From the NCBI GenBank assembly GCA_963817615.1, contig CAWFPH010000002.1, forward strand, positions 769,168 through 833,167: a stretch of 64,000 bases of DNA, given 5' to 3'. This document shows, piece after piece, positions 9,110 to 18,462 of the stretch; position 1 is the first letter of the stretch; the number at the start of each line of letters is the position of its first letter. The notes below the pieces were generated by a model. It did no database searches. It was not told where the DNA came from and was given only the letters and a program-made list of their open reading frames with translations. The DNA is from an uncultured Gammaproteobacteria bacterium (GTDB lineage Bacteria > Pseudomonadota > Gammaproteobacteria > Steroidobacterales > Rariloculaceae). The position numbers and the translations under genes were made by a program.

Positions 9110-9419
9110 AGCTCCTACAGAGGGCGGTCAATACGGCGCCGAAGATGAATCTCGCGATGCGTCAACTCGGTAGGTCTGATGGACGCGATCTCTATTACAA
9201 GATGGTCATGCCTACTGTCGATGCGGGGTCGAGTAGCCGTTCACGCGTCACGGAAGGAAACCATGACTGAGGCGAGTTACCCGGGCGATTTTTCAGTTCT
9301 TTTGGACCAAAACCATCGACTCGCGGAACCGATGTTGAGCACGATTCGCGCGCACTACGGGCAACCGTTCTCTCCGAATTCGCAGGCCCGTTAACCGTCG
9401 CGGGCATGCGTCGATCGCG

Positions 9420-10600
9420 TCAACCAGGCCAAGGTGGCGCGCCGCGCGTATGCGTGACGGTGCGTAGGAAAGCAATGCCGTCCAAATCGGCAACGCCCTG
9501 CGGGGACAGCGGCGAGTAGGGAACATATGGCCGAGCAGCCCCGGTCCTTACCGGGAGCGCAACCAGTGCGCCTTCGGGAACCCGGCGACCTCGCCAAGTC
9601 GGCAGAAACAGATCCGACTGCTGCCCCAGCAAGCGTGCCTCGATGCTCCGTGTTCCGGCGCGCCGATGAAATTGGCTTCGGACGAACCCACTGCCCCGCC
9701 GATCACGGCGAAACGCTCGCCGAAGAGCTGGTCAAGATGCGCGCCCGTCGGCAAGAACTCATACCAAGGCAACTTCGTCCTGGTGCGTCGCAGGTGAGCA
9801 TTGTGCAGATGGACCATCACCTTGCCGCGCGTCCGCTCGCGCTCGGCGATGTAGCCGAGATGCTGGCCGGCCATCGAATCGCGCATTGAAACAAGCGTGC
9901 CAAGCGGCTCTCTCCGCGCAAGCGCCGCGTGCAAAGCGAGGAGATTTCTCGCGACGAAAAGATCGTGCAGCGCGTCGTCGAAGGTCGCTCGATTGCTTTG
10001 AGCGACGAACTCCGGCTGGCGCATGCGTAATTCAAACACCAGGTTCTCCACCGCGAGCCGGAGCGCTTGCGCCCTCGGTGAAACGCCGAACGCCAGCGCC
10101 GGGTCGGGGGCGCGAGTATCCGACGCGTCGGCGCCGCCCATCAGCTGCACCATCAATTCCGCCAGAAGGGCGGTGGCCGGGCGTTCCCAGTCCGCGTCCG
10201 GCCCGACGAGCGGCTCGATGATCGCTCTGTGCCGAGCGGCACCGGCCGCGTCGACTGACTGTAAGTAGGCCAGTACGACTTCGAGCGCTCGCCGCGGACT
10301 CTCCGTCGTCTCCCCCTGCTCCGACGGCAAGGTCCCGTAGAAGCTGAGTTTCACCGCATGCGCGGGATCGGAGTTGTACTGCTTCATCCACTCCACGAGC
10401 TCGCGATTGGCGACATAAAGTCCGGCGCCGTAGCTGAATCCGCTGTCCTGGATTTCCTCGTACGTCGCCGCGCCGCGACCCGAGATGTAATCCTCGACGA
10501 GCCGCGCGCGGGAATCCGTGATCTCGAGCGTGTGACCGGAAATGGAGGCAAAAGGCCGGCACCCTTGGTGCCAGCCCGCCGTGCCGACTTCGTCCTCGGC
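9420..10600 (-). pseudogene. erythromycin-esterase-family gene remnant (5'-truncated, frameshifted near the 3' end)
   Basis: In-frame translation runs LVEDYISGRGAATYEEIQDSGFSYGAGLYVANRELVEWMKQYN...KVMVHLHNAHL, which is Ere-family like. There is no start codon, and the reading frame runs straight into the preceding gene at ~10600. The C-terminal continuation (LGQQSDLFLP...ADLDGIAFLRTVTHT) sits in another frame (ORF 9420-9632). Confidence 0.6.
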
Positions 10601-10601
10601 G

Positions 10602-11069
10602 TTACTGGCGCTCGTACACCTCAGTGTTTGTGAACGCCTTGCCGCTGGCGTCTGTGCCCTTCACCACGCGCGTCAACATCTTGCCATCACCGCTGACGGT
10701 GGCGTGAGTGCTGCCGACTTCTTTGCCATTCAGGGTTGCCGTACTGTCTATCGTGCTCGCGTTCACCCTCTTGGCCACTACGGTTGCGCCGGATGCGGGG
10801 GCGCCTTCCGTGTAACTCAACGCTCCACCCTTCATCGGAAACATGTACTGCACTGACGTCGCCTTGCCAGCGCCATCCGTGCCCGTTCCGCTGACCGCAA
10901 GATCAGCGCCCTTCTCAGTGACCACAGCGCTCAGGGCCTTCACTTCCATGCCCGGCGTAAACTTCGATTTTGCGACGTTCAAGTTCCACGTGCCCGTGTA
11001 CACGTCCGCCGCTGACACCGTGCCAACGAAACCGAGAGCCATCAGTCCCACAACGAGTTTCTTGATCAT
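10602..11069 (-). CDS. small exported protein (signal peptide, beta-rich, lipocalin-like build)
   Basis: Start at ATG 11069 (MIKKLVVGLMALGFVGTVSA), with AAGGGGG 8 nt upstream. A GTWNLNVAKSKFTPG motif follows directly after the signal peptide. Confidence 0.65.
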   Translation of the reverse strand: MIKKLVVGLMALGFVGTVSAADVYTGTWNLNVAKSKFTPGMEVKALSAVVTEKGADLAVSGTGTDGAGKATSVQYMFPMKGGALSYTEGAPASGATVVAKRVNASTIDSTATLNGKEVGSTHATVSGDGKMLTRVVKGTDASGKAFTNTEVYERQ

Positions 11070-11339
11070 GCGTAATTCCCCCTTCGAGGTTAGTTCAATG
11101 CCTTTTGCCCGTCCGACCTTGCTCCGGCTTGCTGAGTTAGACCGTGCGTTATCGAACAGACATGCGGGTACACGAGAAATCGCAGCTCGTGCCACCGCTC
11201 CCGCTTCCCGAAATACATATCCTCGTCGAATCCGCGGAAAGACGACGACCACGTCGCGTTACCTTCTCCGCTGCAAACCGACAACAATCAACGAGGCGAC
11301 GCTCGCCCGCCGCGCCGGAGCGGCTAGCGTCGAAGGACA

Positions 11340-11551
11340 TTCGCATGAACTGGGCACGGCGCCTGAAACGCGTGTTTGGGATAGAGATCGAGCAGTGCGC
11401 GCGCTGCGGCGGGCGCTTGAAAGTGATTGCGAGCATCGAGGCGCCGGAGCTGATCGAACGCATTCTCGCGCACCGGCGTGAGTGGGGCGAGGAGGGGACG
11501 CCGATGGCCTCGCTCGGGCCGCGAGCGCCGCCGCAGCCGTGGCTGTTTTGA
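11340..11551 (+). mobile_element. IS91-family transposase, C-terminal fragment
   Basis: MNWARRLKRVFGIEIEQCARCGGRLKVIASIEAPELIERILAH...RAPP matches the conserved C-terminal zinc-ribbon tail of IS91-family (rolling-circle) transposases. No N-terminal part is upstream on this strand. Confidence 0.7.
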
Positions 11552-11775
11552 TTCGGCAGATCGTCGACGGGCTCGTGTGCTGCGGCGCGGGCGACGGGCG
11601 GCGCTGTGCCCGGAGGCGAACGGCGGCTGCCGGGAGCGTCCGCGCGTTCAAACTCTGCGCCGACGTCGGGCGTGACGCCAGATCAGCGTCGCGACCCGCC
11701 TGCGGCTTTGACACAACGGCGGTTACGCGCACCGCTGCCCGCGGAGCAGGGGGGCTTCAAAATTCCTATCCGCGC

Positions 11776-12324
11776 TGCGTGGTCTACCCGTCTTGCGACC
11801 TCATCGCGCCCGGCGTCGTGCGCCACACGGGCGGCGGCAACCGCTTCATGCTCGGCGAGCCGAACGGCGAGAAGTCCGAGCGCGTCAAAGCGCTGGCCGA
11901 GGCGATGGCGGCCGGCGGTTTGAAAGCGCCGGTCCGTGCGCGCATTCGCGACGATATTTGGTTCAAGCTGCTCGGCAACGCCACATTTAACCCCGTAAGC
12001 GTGCTGACGGGCGCGACCCTCGAGCAGATGGGCCAGCATGCCGGCGTGCGAGCCGTGATCAAGGCGCTCATGCGCGAGGTGGAGCAAGTCGCCGAGAAGC
12101 TCGGCGTGAAGTTCCCCATGGAGCTCGACAAGCGCATCGACGGCGCCACGGCCGTCGGTGCGCACCAAACGTCGATGTTGCAGGATTTCGAGCTCGGGCG
12201 CCCGCTCGAGCTCGACGCGCTCGTGGCCTCGGTCGCCGAGATCGGCCGGCTGGCCGCGTGTCCGACCCCGACGCTCGACGCTCTGCTCGCGCTCGTCCGG
12301 CTGAAGGTCGAGCTTCGTTCCTAG
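11776..12324 (+). pseudogene. 2-dehydropantoate 2-reductase (PanE/ApbA)-like gene, C-terminal domain only
   Basis: VVYPSCDLIAPGVVRHTGGGNRFMLGEPNG...DDIWFKLLGNATFNPVSVLTGATL...QTSMLQDFELGRPLELDAL is the PanE C-terminal domain. The N-terminal Rossmann domain (GxGxxG) is absent. Confidence 0.6.
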
Positions 12325-12596
12325 CCCGAGAACTCCTTGTCGAGGACGAACAGCTTCACCGTGTCGCGCTTGACGCCGTCGTTCTTCATGGCGGCCTGCG
12401 TGGACTCCGACTTGATGAAATCCATATAAGCGCTGACGTCATCCGTGTCGGTGCTCATGACCACATGGTTGTCGGCACCGACCGTGTACTGCATGGGACC
12501 GAGGCCCGCGGCCTTGAACAGCTCGCCATGCGTGCGAAAAGCGCGTTCCCAGCTCGCGCGGTCTTGGACATCCGCCGTCAAAATGACTAAAGCCAT
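12321..12596 (-). CDS. small hypothetical protein (91 aa)
   Basis: The internal ATG at 12596 gives MALVILTADVQDRASWERAFRTHGELFKAAGLGPMQYTVG...KLFVLDKEFSG, which has globular composition. The ORF upstream of this Met is an unrelated IS91 fragment read through in frame. Confidence 0.5.
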   Translation of the reverse strand: MALVILTADVQDRASWERAFRTHGELFKAAGLGPMQYTVGADNHVVMSTDTDDVSAYMDFIKSESTQAAMKNDGVKRDTVKLFVLDKEFSG

Positions 12597-12686
12597 TCTC
12601 GTTTCCTCTTCTCTCTTGTGTAACGCTCTGGAGTCTACACCACGCCGCCTGGGATTGAACCGGCACCTCACCGCTCCCCGTCCTCC

Positions 12687-12990
12687 CGGCGTGACCGCCG
12701 CCCGCAGCGCCGCGTGTGCGGCGAACACTCCATGAAATCTCGTTAGGTGTACCCGCGGCGGCGGCACCAGCGCCGCGAGCCGCGCGATGAAGTCCAACGG
12801 CTCCAGCACGATGTGCGTCGTCCCATCTTGATACGGTGTCTTCAATCGGTAGCGGACTTGGCCCTGCACCGTGAGATCGAGCCGCTCCTCCGCCACCCGG
12901 TGGGCGGCTCACGTAGCGGGTGAGCCTCTCCAGCTTCCCTCGCTGCTCGGTCTCCACACCAATGCCCGCAGCCCAACGCTCCAGCGGAAA
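12687..12990 (-). mobile_element. IS91-family transposase, internal fragment with frameshift
   Basis: AEERLDLTVQGQVRYRLKTPYQDGTTHIVLEPLDFIARLAALVPPPRVHLTRFHGVFAAHAALRAAVTP, together with the upstream RGKLERLTRYVSRPP in a different frame (shift at ~12897-12900), matches the conserved IS91 transposase core. Confidence 0.65.
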
Positions 12991-13264
12991 TCATGAGCGG
13001 GTGGTGGGCAATTCTAAGGGAATTCGAATTGGAGAGGGCTCTGTCCGAATGGGCGGTAACTCGATCGGAACCCGAAATTTTCTTCCCACTCATTGATGAG
13101 TGCATTGGCGATTTATCGCTCTCCGAGAATAGTGGAAGGACGAACTGGATTTCGCGGAACATCGAGGTCGTTCAACTCACTAAAAGCGGGACAACTTCGT
13201 GAGAATTGACCTTGAATGATGCGGAGCCCGATCTGCACAGTCCACAATCGACTCGCCATTGTGG

Positions 13265-13969
13265 TCAGCCGACGGTTTCAACAGCGACCGCTTTGCCCAA
13301 GCGCACACCTCGACCCGCCGCAATCTCTCTCCAATCCATTAACAGATCCGCAAAGACAATCGAAACCATCGCATACAAAATCACGGAATAGCTTCCTGCC
13401 TCAACGCTCAAGTGGTCCAGACCAGGAAGGTGACTGAGAGCTCGGCTCATAACAAAAACCCCTGGTCCAACCGCATAACCGCGGGCCATCCACCGGCGAT
13501 GCGGCCCAATTTTCCCTCTGCGTGCGGCGATCACCGCGGTAACTGTGCAGAGAATCCATGCGCCCGCCTGCGCTGTGGCGCTGCACGGAAGAAACGCGGG
13601 ATAGTGCCAGGCGAGAACAGGTGCCAATACGCCAGCCACAATCACCGCACCGAGATAGGTCTTGCCCAGCAACCTGTGCCGAGCAATATTCCTCTGCCTC
13701 AAGCGCGAAGAAAATTGCATGGGGCCTACGACCAGCGCGACTAATCCCGCGGCGATGTGGGGGAAGAGGAGCCAACGCTGCGAATACAGCAGGCTATGAA
13801 GCGGGTGCGCCGGACTCATCATCGGAATGCTGGTGAACAGGAAGGCCACTAACGCCATCGACCCGAAGACCATCCAGGACACGGTTTTCTTCAAGCCGCC
13901 AGCTGTCGGGCGCGTGACTTCGCCGTGCGTTTGAAGGTTTTGACTGCCAAGTGTGCTGACAGTATTCAT
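13265..13969 (-). CDS. DUF2306-like integral membrane protein
   Basis: Start at ATG 13969 with GGAGGG 5 nt upstream. HIAAGLVALVVGPMQFSSRLRQRNIARHRLLGKTYLGAVIVAG fits the DUF2306 pattern as I remember it. The gene lies in the low-GC segment. Confidence 0.7.
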   Translation of the reverse strand: MNTVSTLGSQNLQTHGEVTRPTAGGLKKTVSWMVFGSMALVAFLFTSIPMMSPAHPLHSLLYSQRWLLFPHIAAGLVALVVGPMQFSSRLRQRNIARHRLLGKTYLGAVIVAGVLAPVLAWHYPAFLPCSATAQAGAWILCTVTAVIAARRGKIGPHRRWMARGYAVGPGVFVMSRALSHLPGLDHLSVEAGSYSVILYAMVSIVFADLLMDWREIAAGRGVRLGKAVAVETVG

Positions 13970-14009
13970 AGGATCCCTCCAAAGAACGCCATCCATGGCA
14001 TCGCCAAGG

Positions 14010-14438
14010 CTATGCGCGTCTGATCGGATCGTGAGGAACGGCGTGGGGATCGATCGAAGTATTGTGGCCGTTGCAAATCTGCCATTCGCCACCCGCTTTC
14101 ACGGTAACGAGAGTCAGGCGGTCGACCACTCCACTCATGCGTCGTCCATCCGGTGTCACATAGTCACCCATCCTTAGAGTTAACGTCGCAATGGCCACAT
14201 CATTTGAAATCATTCGAATCTCAGGATCGCTTTGCTCCATAGCGGTTTCGCGGAACATTCCTGCATGCAATACCTCATGAGCTTTGACGATTTCATCGCG
14301 CCCCCTCCACCACATGCCCACAACATTCACCCAATCCGCATCCTCGGCCAGTATTTTGCCCAGATCCTCCAACTGGTGACGATTCCAAATGCTCCCCAGA
14401 GATCGAACGAGCGCTACAATTTTCGACTTGTCATCCAC
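14010..14438 (-). CDS. NTF2-fold / SnoaL-like (DUF4440-type) protein
   Basis: 142 aa. IVALVRSLGSIWNRHQLEDLGKILAEDADWVNVVGMWWRGRDEIVKAHEVLH...LVTVKAGGEWQICNGHNT is typical of SnoaL/SgcJ-type NTF2-like proteins. Confidence 0.7.
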   Translation of the reverse strand: MDDKSKIVALVRSLGSIWNRHQLEDLGKILAEDADWVNVVGMWWRGRDEIVKAHEVLHAGMFRETAMEQSDPEIRMISNDVAIATLTLRMGDYVTPDGRRMSGVVDRLTLVTVKAGGEWQICNGHNTSIDPHAVPHDPIRRA

Positions 14439-14541
14439 GACAAATCTCCCGATGTATGAACCGCACTTACAAGGCTGATCTGCCGAGTTAACTGGCTGCG
14501 GTACCTCGACATGCGCAGCTACTCGCCTTCATCGCCATAGT

Positions 14542-15495
14542 CTATTGGAGGTTCCCTGCGGAGAATTGTAAAAATGCGACATTTCCGAAAACTGGTGCTT
14601 CAGTTGACCGCGATGAACAAGGCTCGATCGAATGAAAGTCCACATCCGGCAGCGAAACGAGCAGCTTTTGCGGAGCGGCGCCTGCCAGCAGGCGCGTGTC
14701 TCGGATCAGATGCGCCTGGTCAAAGTAGCCGGCGTCTGAAGCAACCCTCGTCCACGAAAAACCTGGATTGGTTTGCTTTCTCAGCACGGCAAATTCAAGA
14801 CGCGCCACCCTTGAAAACAGCTTCGGCGCAACTCCCACACGTTCGCGAAACTGTCTTTCAAACTGTCGCAGGCTCAGATTGCATTGGCGAGCCAACAACG
14901 CCAAGTCTACCATTCCATGTCTTCGGCGTATCCATCTGGCCGCCAACTCAACCGGCGAAATTTCGATCGTCCGACGCAGTTGTCGTAGTAGAAATTCATC
15001 TGCCGCATCCGCAAGTTCCCGGACCGCGACGGCATTCTGCAGCCGGTTCAACAGATAAGAGACTTCTCGACCCAGTACGCTTTCCCCAGGCAGAGCCTTG
15101 TCGGCTAGTGGATGAATCGGAATGCGAAAGAGCGCATGTAGGCCTGCCGGATGGAAATGAATCGTGAACGTTCGCACCAACCTTGGATAAATCAGATCGC
15201 CCTTGATCTTCGTACTGGGACCGGCGAGCAGGACTTTGGGTGCAGTCCAGATCCTCGCTGGCGTACGAATCTGGTAAGAGTCAAGGAGGTAAAACTCCAA
15301 AGTCTGCTGTGTGCGCGCGTAGATTGGACGCAGCACCGCACAATCCTCCGACTTACCCTGCCGCAAGCCGTAATGAGAGACATAGCGCGAAATCGGCTCG
15401 CACGGAGGGAACACCTTTAACTGCAACCTGAAACTGGTTTCAGTCATAGACAGACCATTCACGGCGCAATCAATCTGCCATTTTGCGGCAATCAC
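14542..15495 (-). CDS. AraC-family transcriptional regulator
   Basis: C-terminal double HTH: LARQCNLSLRQFERQFRERVGVAPKLFSRVARLEFAV...ASDAGYFDQAHLIRDTRLLAGAAP. The start is uncertain (15495 or ATG 15447). Confidence 0.85.
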   Translation of the reverse strand: MIAAKWQIDCAVNGLSMTETSFRLQLKVFPPCEPISRYVSHYGLRQGKSEDCAVLRPIYARTQQTLEFYLLDSYQIRTPARIWTAPKVLLAGPSTKIKGDLIYPRLVRTFTIHFHPAGLHALFRIPIHPLADKALPGESVLGREVSYLLNRLQNAVAVRELADAADEFLLRQLRRTIEISPVELAARWIRRRHGMVDLALLARQCNLSLRQFERQFRERVGVAPKLFSRVARLEFAVLRKQTNPGFSWTRVASDAGYFDQAHLIRDTRLLAGAAPQKLLVSLPDVDFHSIEPCSSRSTEAPVFGNVAFLQFSAGNLQ

Positions 15496-15960
15496 CTAAC
15501 GGTCCCGCAAGTATATTTCACACTCTCCGTAAGACAATCATGAAGCACACGATGTGAAAGAACGCCTGGTAGATCGAGAGCGAACGATTTTAGCGTACGA
15601 CGAGGCGGCGGAAGTTGCTCAGGGTATAGCATGGGAGAACATTCCACGTGACGCTAAGACGTTCATCGTCGAAACATGGCTTGGGCCTGGCCCCACCGAG
15701 TTTCGCGTTGCGAGTCTCCATGAATTTACGCTCGCTCTTGGCGACCAAAGTGATTTAACAACTGCCTGCGTGCGACTTCCATAAGTCATTCGCCGCGGAT
15801 AGGAATTTTGACCGCACTTCCGTGCCAGAGGCAGAGGGCGCATAAAAACGGGCGGTGCACGGCCCGAAACGCAGCGTCTTATACGGCGCCACCGCAAACT
15901 TGGCGTGCGCAAACTCAGCCCGGCTGCACTTGGTACGCTCAGTGAGTAGCCCATCAACAG

Positions 15961-18459
15961 ATGACACACGCGAAAGACGACATTCTGCAAAAGATCGCCC
16001 GCGAAGAGGCGCGGCTGCGCGAGCTCGATCGAACTCGTGAGGAAGCACGAACGCGAATCGCCTCGCTGAGATCGGAGCTCGATACCGCGCGAGAAGGCCC
16101 AACGGCGCCTCTACCCTTCCGCTCGGCGAACAACAGCGCACCACAGACGCCGACCGACAAAGTGCGACTATTCATTTCACTGTTCCGTGGCCGTCCCGAC
16201 GTATTCCCAACACGTTTCGTCAGCAAGAAAACTGGCAAGCCGGGCTATGCACCCGCTTGCTCCAACAAGTGGGAGCCCGGGCTTTGCGCGCTCCGGAGCG
16301 GCGGGAAATGCGGCGAATGTGCGAACCAGTCTTTCCTCCCGGTCGGCGATCAAGTGGTCCTCGATCACCTTCAGGGCAGGCACGTCATGGGCGTCTATCC
16401 CCTTCTTCCCGACGAGACCTGTTGGTTCCTGGCAGCCGACTTCGACAAGAGCTCGTGGCAAGAGGATGTCATTGCCTTCGCCGAGACTTGTAGCATCGCC
16501 GGCGTATGAGTCTCGATTGAGCGCTCTCGTTCAGGAAACGGCGCGCACGCATGGTTCTTCTTCGCTGCACCCGTCCCTGCCAACGTCGCGAGACGCATGG
16601 GTTGCTACCTCATCACCGAGACGATGAGCCGGCGCCACCAGCTCAGCATGGAATCCTATGACCGTCTGTTCCCGAATCAGGACACGATGCCGCGCGGCGG
16701 ATTCGGCAACCTCATCGCGTTGCCGCTCCACGAACCGAGGCAGGAGGGGAACAGCGTCTTCATCGATGAACGGTTTGAACCTTACGCGGACCAGTGGGCG
16801 TTCCTCGCAGCCGCTTCGCGGATCGACCCCGCCGTTGCGGAGGCAATCGCCCGGGACGCGACACGAACGGGCCAAGTCGTCGGCGTGCGGTTCGCCGAGA
16901 CCACGGACGATGAAGGGGCGGCCGCCCCGTGGATGCGGGCGCCGTCGGGCCACGTGCCCGCGAAGCGGACCGTCGGTCCCGTCCCGCGCGTTGTAAAAGC
17001 CGTGCTCGCCCAGCGGCTCTTCATCGAGAAATCCGGACTCCCTTCGCCGTTGTTGACTGAGCTCAGCCGTCTGGCGGCCTTCCAGAACCCGGAGTTCTAC
17101 AAGAAGCAGAGCATGCGCCTGTCCACGGCGTTGACGCCGCGCGTGATTGCGTGCGACGGCGAGCTTCCCCTTTTCATGGCACTCCCCCGAGGCTGCGTGC
17201 CGGATGCGCAACGGTTGCTTCGCGAGAACGGCGCGGAGCTCGCGATCGAGGATCAGCGGTACAAGGGCGCGCCGCTCGCGCACAAGTTTAGCGGCGAGCT
17301 CACGCCCGTCCAGAAAGAAGCTGCCCGTGCACTCCTGGCGCACGACACCGGAGTGTTTGTCGGGCCTCCTGGCATTGGCAAGACGGTTCTGGGCACGTAT
17401 CTCATCGCGCAGCGCGGTTGCCCGACGCTCATCCTCGTCCACCGAAAGCCGCTGTTAGAGCAATGGATCGCTCAGCTGGCGATGTTTCTAGGCCTCGACG
17501 AAAAGGCGATCGGCCAGATCGGCGGGGGCAAACGCAAGGCGAATGGCCGCCTCGATGTGGCGATGATCCAGAGCCTCGTGCGCAAGGACAAGGTCGAAGA
17601 CGTCGTTGCGCGATATGGGCACGTCATCGTCGACGAGTGCCACCACCTTCCGGCGGTCTCATTCGAACGTGTGCTCTCCGAGGTGAAGGCGCGGTTCGTC
17701 GCAGGGCTAACCGCAACGCCGCACCGGCGCGACGGACATCACCCGATTACTGAAATGCAGCTCGGGCCGGTTCGCTACAACGTCAGCGTCAAGAGTCACG
17801 TTGCGCGCAGACCGTTCGAGCATAAGCTCATCGTCCGCGAGACTGCGTTCCGGATGATCGGCGACAAGTCCGGTGCCGGCATCCAGGAAATCTACGGCGC
17901 ATTGGCGAGGGATGAGACACGCAACAGACGCATTCTCGACGATGTCATCGCCGTGCTCGAGCAGGGGCGCTCGCCCATTCTTCTGACCGAACGAAAAGAG
18001 CACGTGGAGTACTTCGCCGATCATCTGCGCCGACTCGTGCGACACGTCGTCGTTCTACGCGGTGGGATGACAGCGATGGCGCGTCGGAGCTCGGTCAGTC
18101 AGCTCGCGGCCATCCCAGATAACGAAGAGCGTCTCGTGCTCGCAACCGGCCGCTACATCGGCGAGGGGTTCGACGACGCGAGACTCGACACCCTGTTCCT
18201 GGCCATGCCGATTTCCTGGAAAGGCACGCTGATTCAGTACAGCGGTCGCCTTCACCGACATCACCCCGGCAAGAAGGAAGTACGGATCTACGACTACGTC
18301 GACCGCGAAGTCGCGATGCTTGTGCGGATGTTCGAGAAGCGACTGAGCACGTATCGTGCGATCGGCTACGCCAGGGGCGAGGCGCCACTCGGCTTCGCCG
18401 AGCCGGCCGAGGAGCGCGTCATTGAGTACGACGAGGAGTTGCTCCGACACGCGACCTAA
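15961..18459 (+). pseudogene. archaeo-eukaryotic primase (PrimPol) - SF2 helicase fusion gene, interrupted by one in-frame TGA at 16507-16509
   Basis: ORFs 15961-16509 and 16597-18459 are in the same frame. Reading across the single TGA gives CSIAGV*VSIERSRSGNGAHAWFFF. The N-terminus has a coiled coil, a Cys cluster (CSNKWEPGLC...CGEC), AEP motif I (FLAADFD, 16438-16446), motif II (SGNGAH, 16531-16548) and FPNQD...GGFGNLIALPL. The helicase part has Walker A GPPGIGKT (17362-17385), DECHH (17632-17646), TATP and QYSGRLHR. Confidence 0.85.
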
Positions 18460-18462
18460 CGT

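Noticed and set aside
13001-13030. GTGGTGGGCAATTCTAAGGGAATTCGAATT resembles the plus-strand image of the tRNA-Phe 3' end (TGGTGGCCAGGGACGGAATCGAACC). It could be a degenerate distal att repeat delimiting a 7.4-kb element (13.0-20.4 kb).
   Set aside because: Only about 9 of 10 positions match at the start, and indels are needed afterwards. A 9/10 match is expected by chance a few times in 64 kb on two strands. It does not fold as a tRNA either. It is suggestive because of its position at the low-GC boundary, but it is not evidence.
15554-15784. A 76-aa plus-strand ORF between the AraC gene and the PrimPol gene, and a 69-aa ORF at 12993-13202. Either might be an extra island gene.
   Set aside because: No recognisable motifs, weak or absent RBSs, a GTG start for the first, and no way to test conservation here. 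They are mentioned only as part of the low-GC cassette finding.
16507-16560. The in-frame TGA of the PrimPol-helicase gene might encode selenocysteine or be a programmed read-through site.
   Set aside because: I could not fold a convincing SECIS-like hairpin from the ~40 nt after the TGA; only a short GAGCGCTC palindrome is there. No sel genes are in the window, and homologues as I recall them have an ordinary residue here. A nonsense mutation or sequencing error is more economical. The question is kept open in the findings as something to check.
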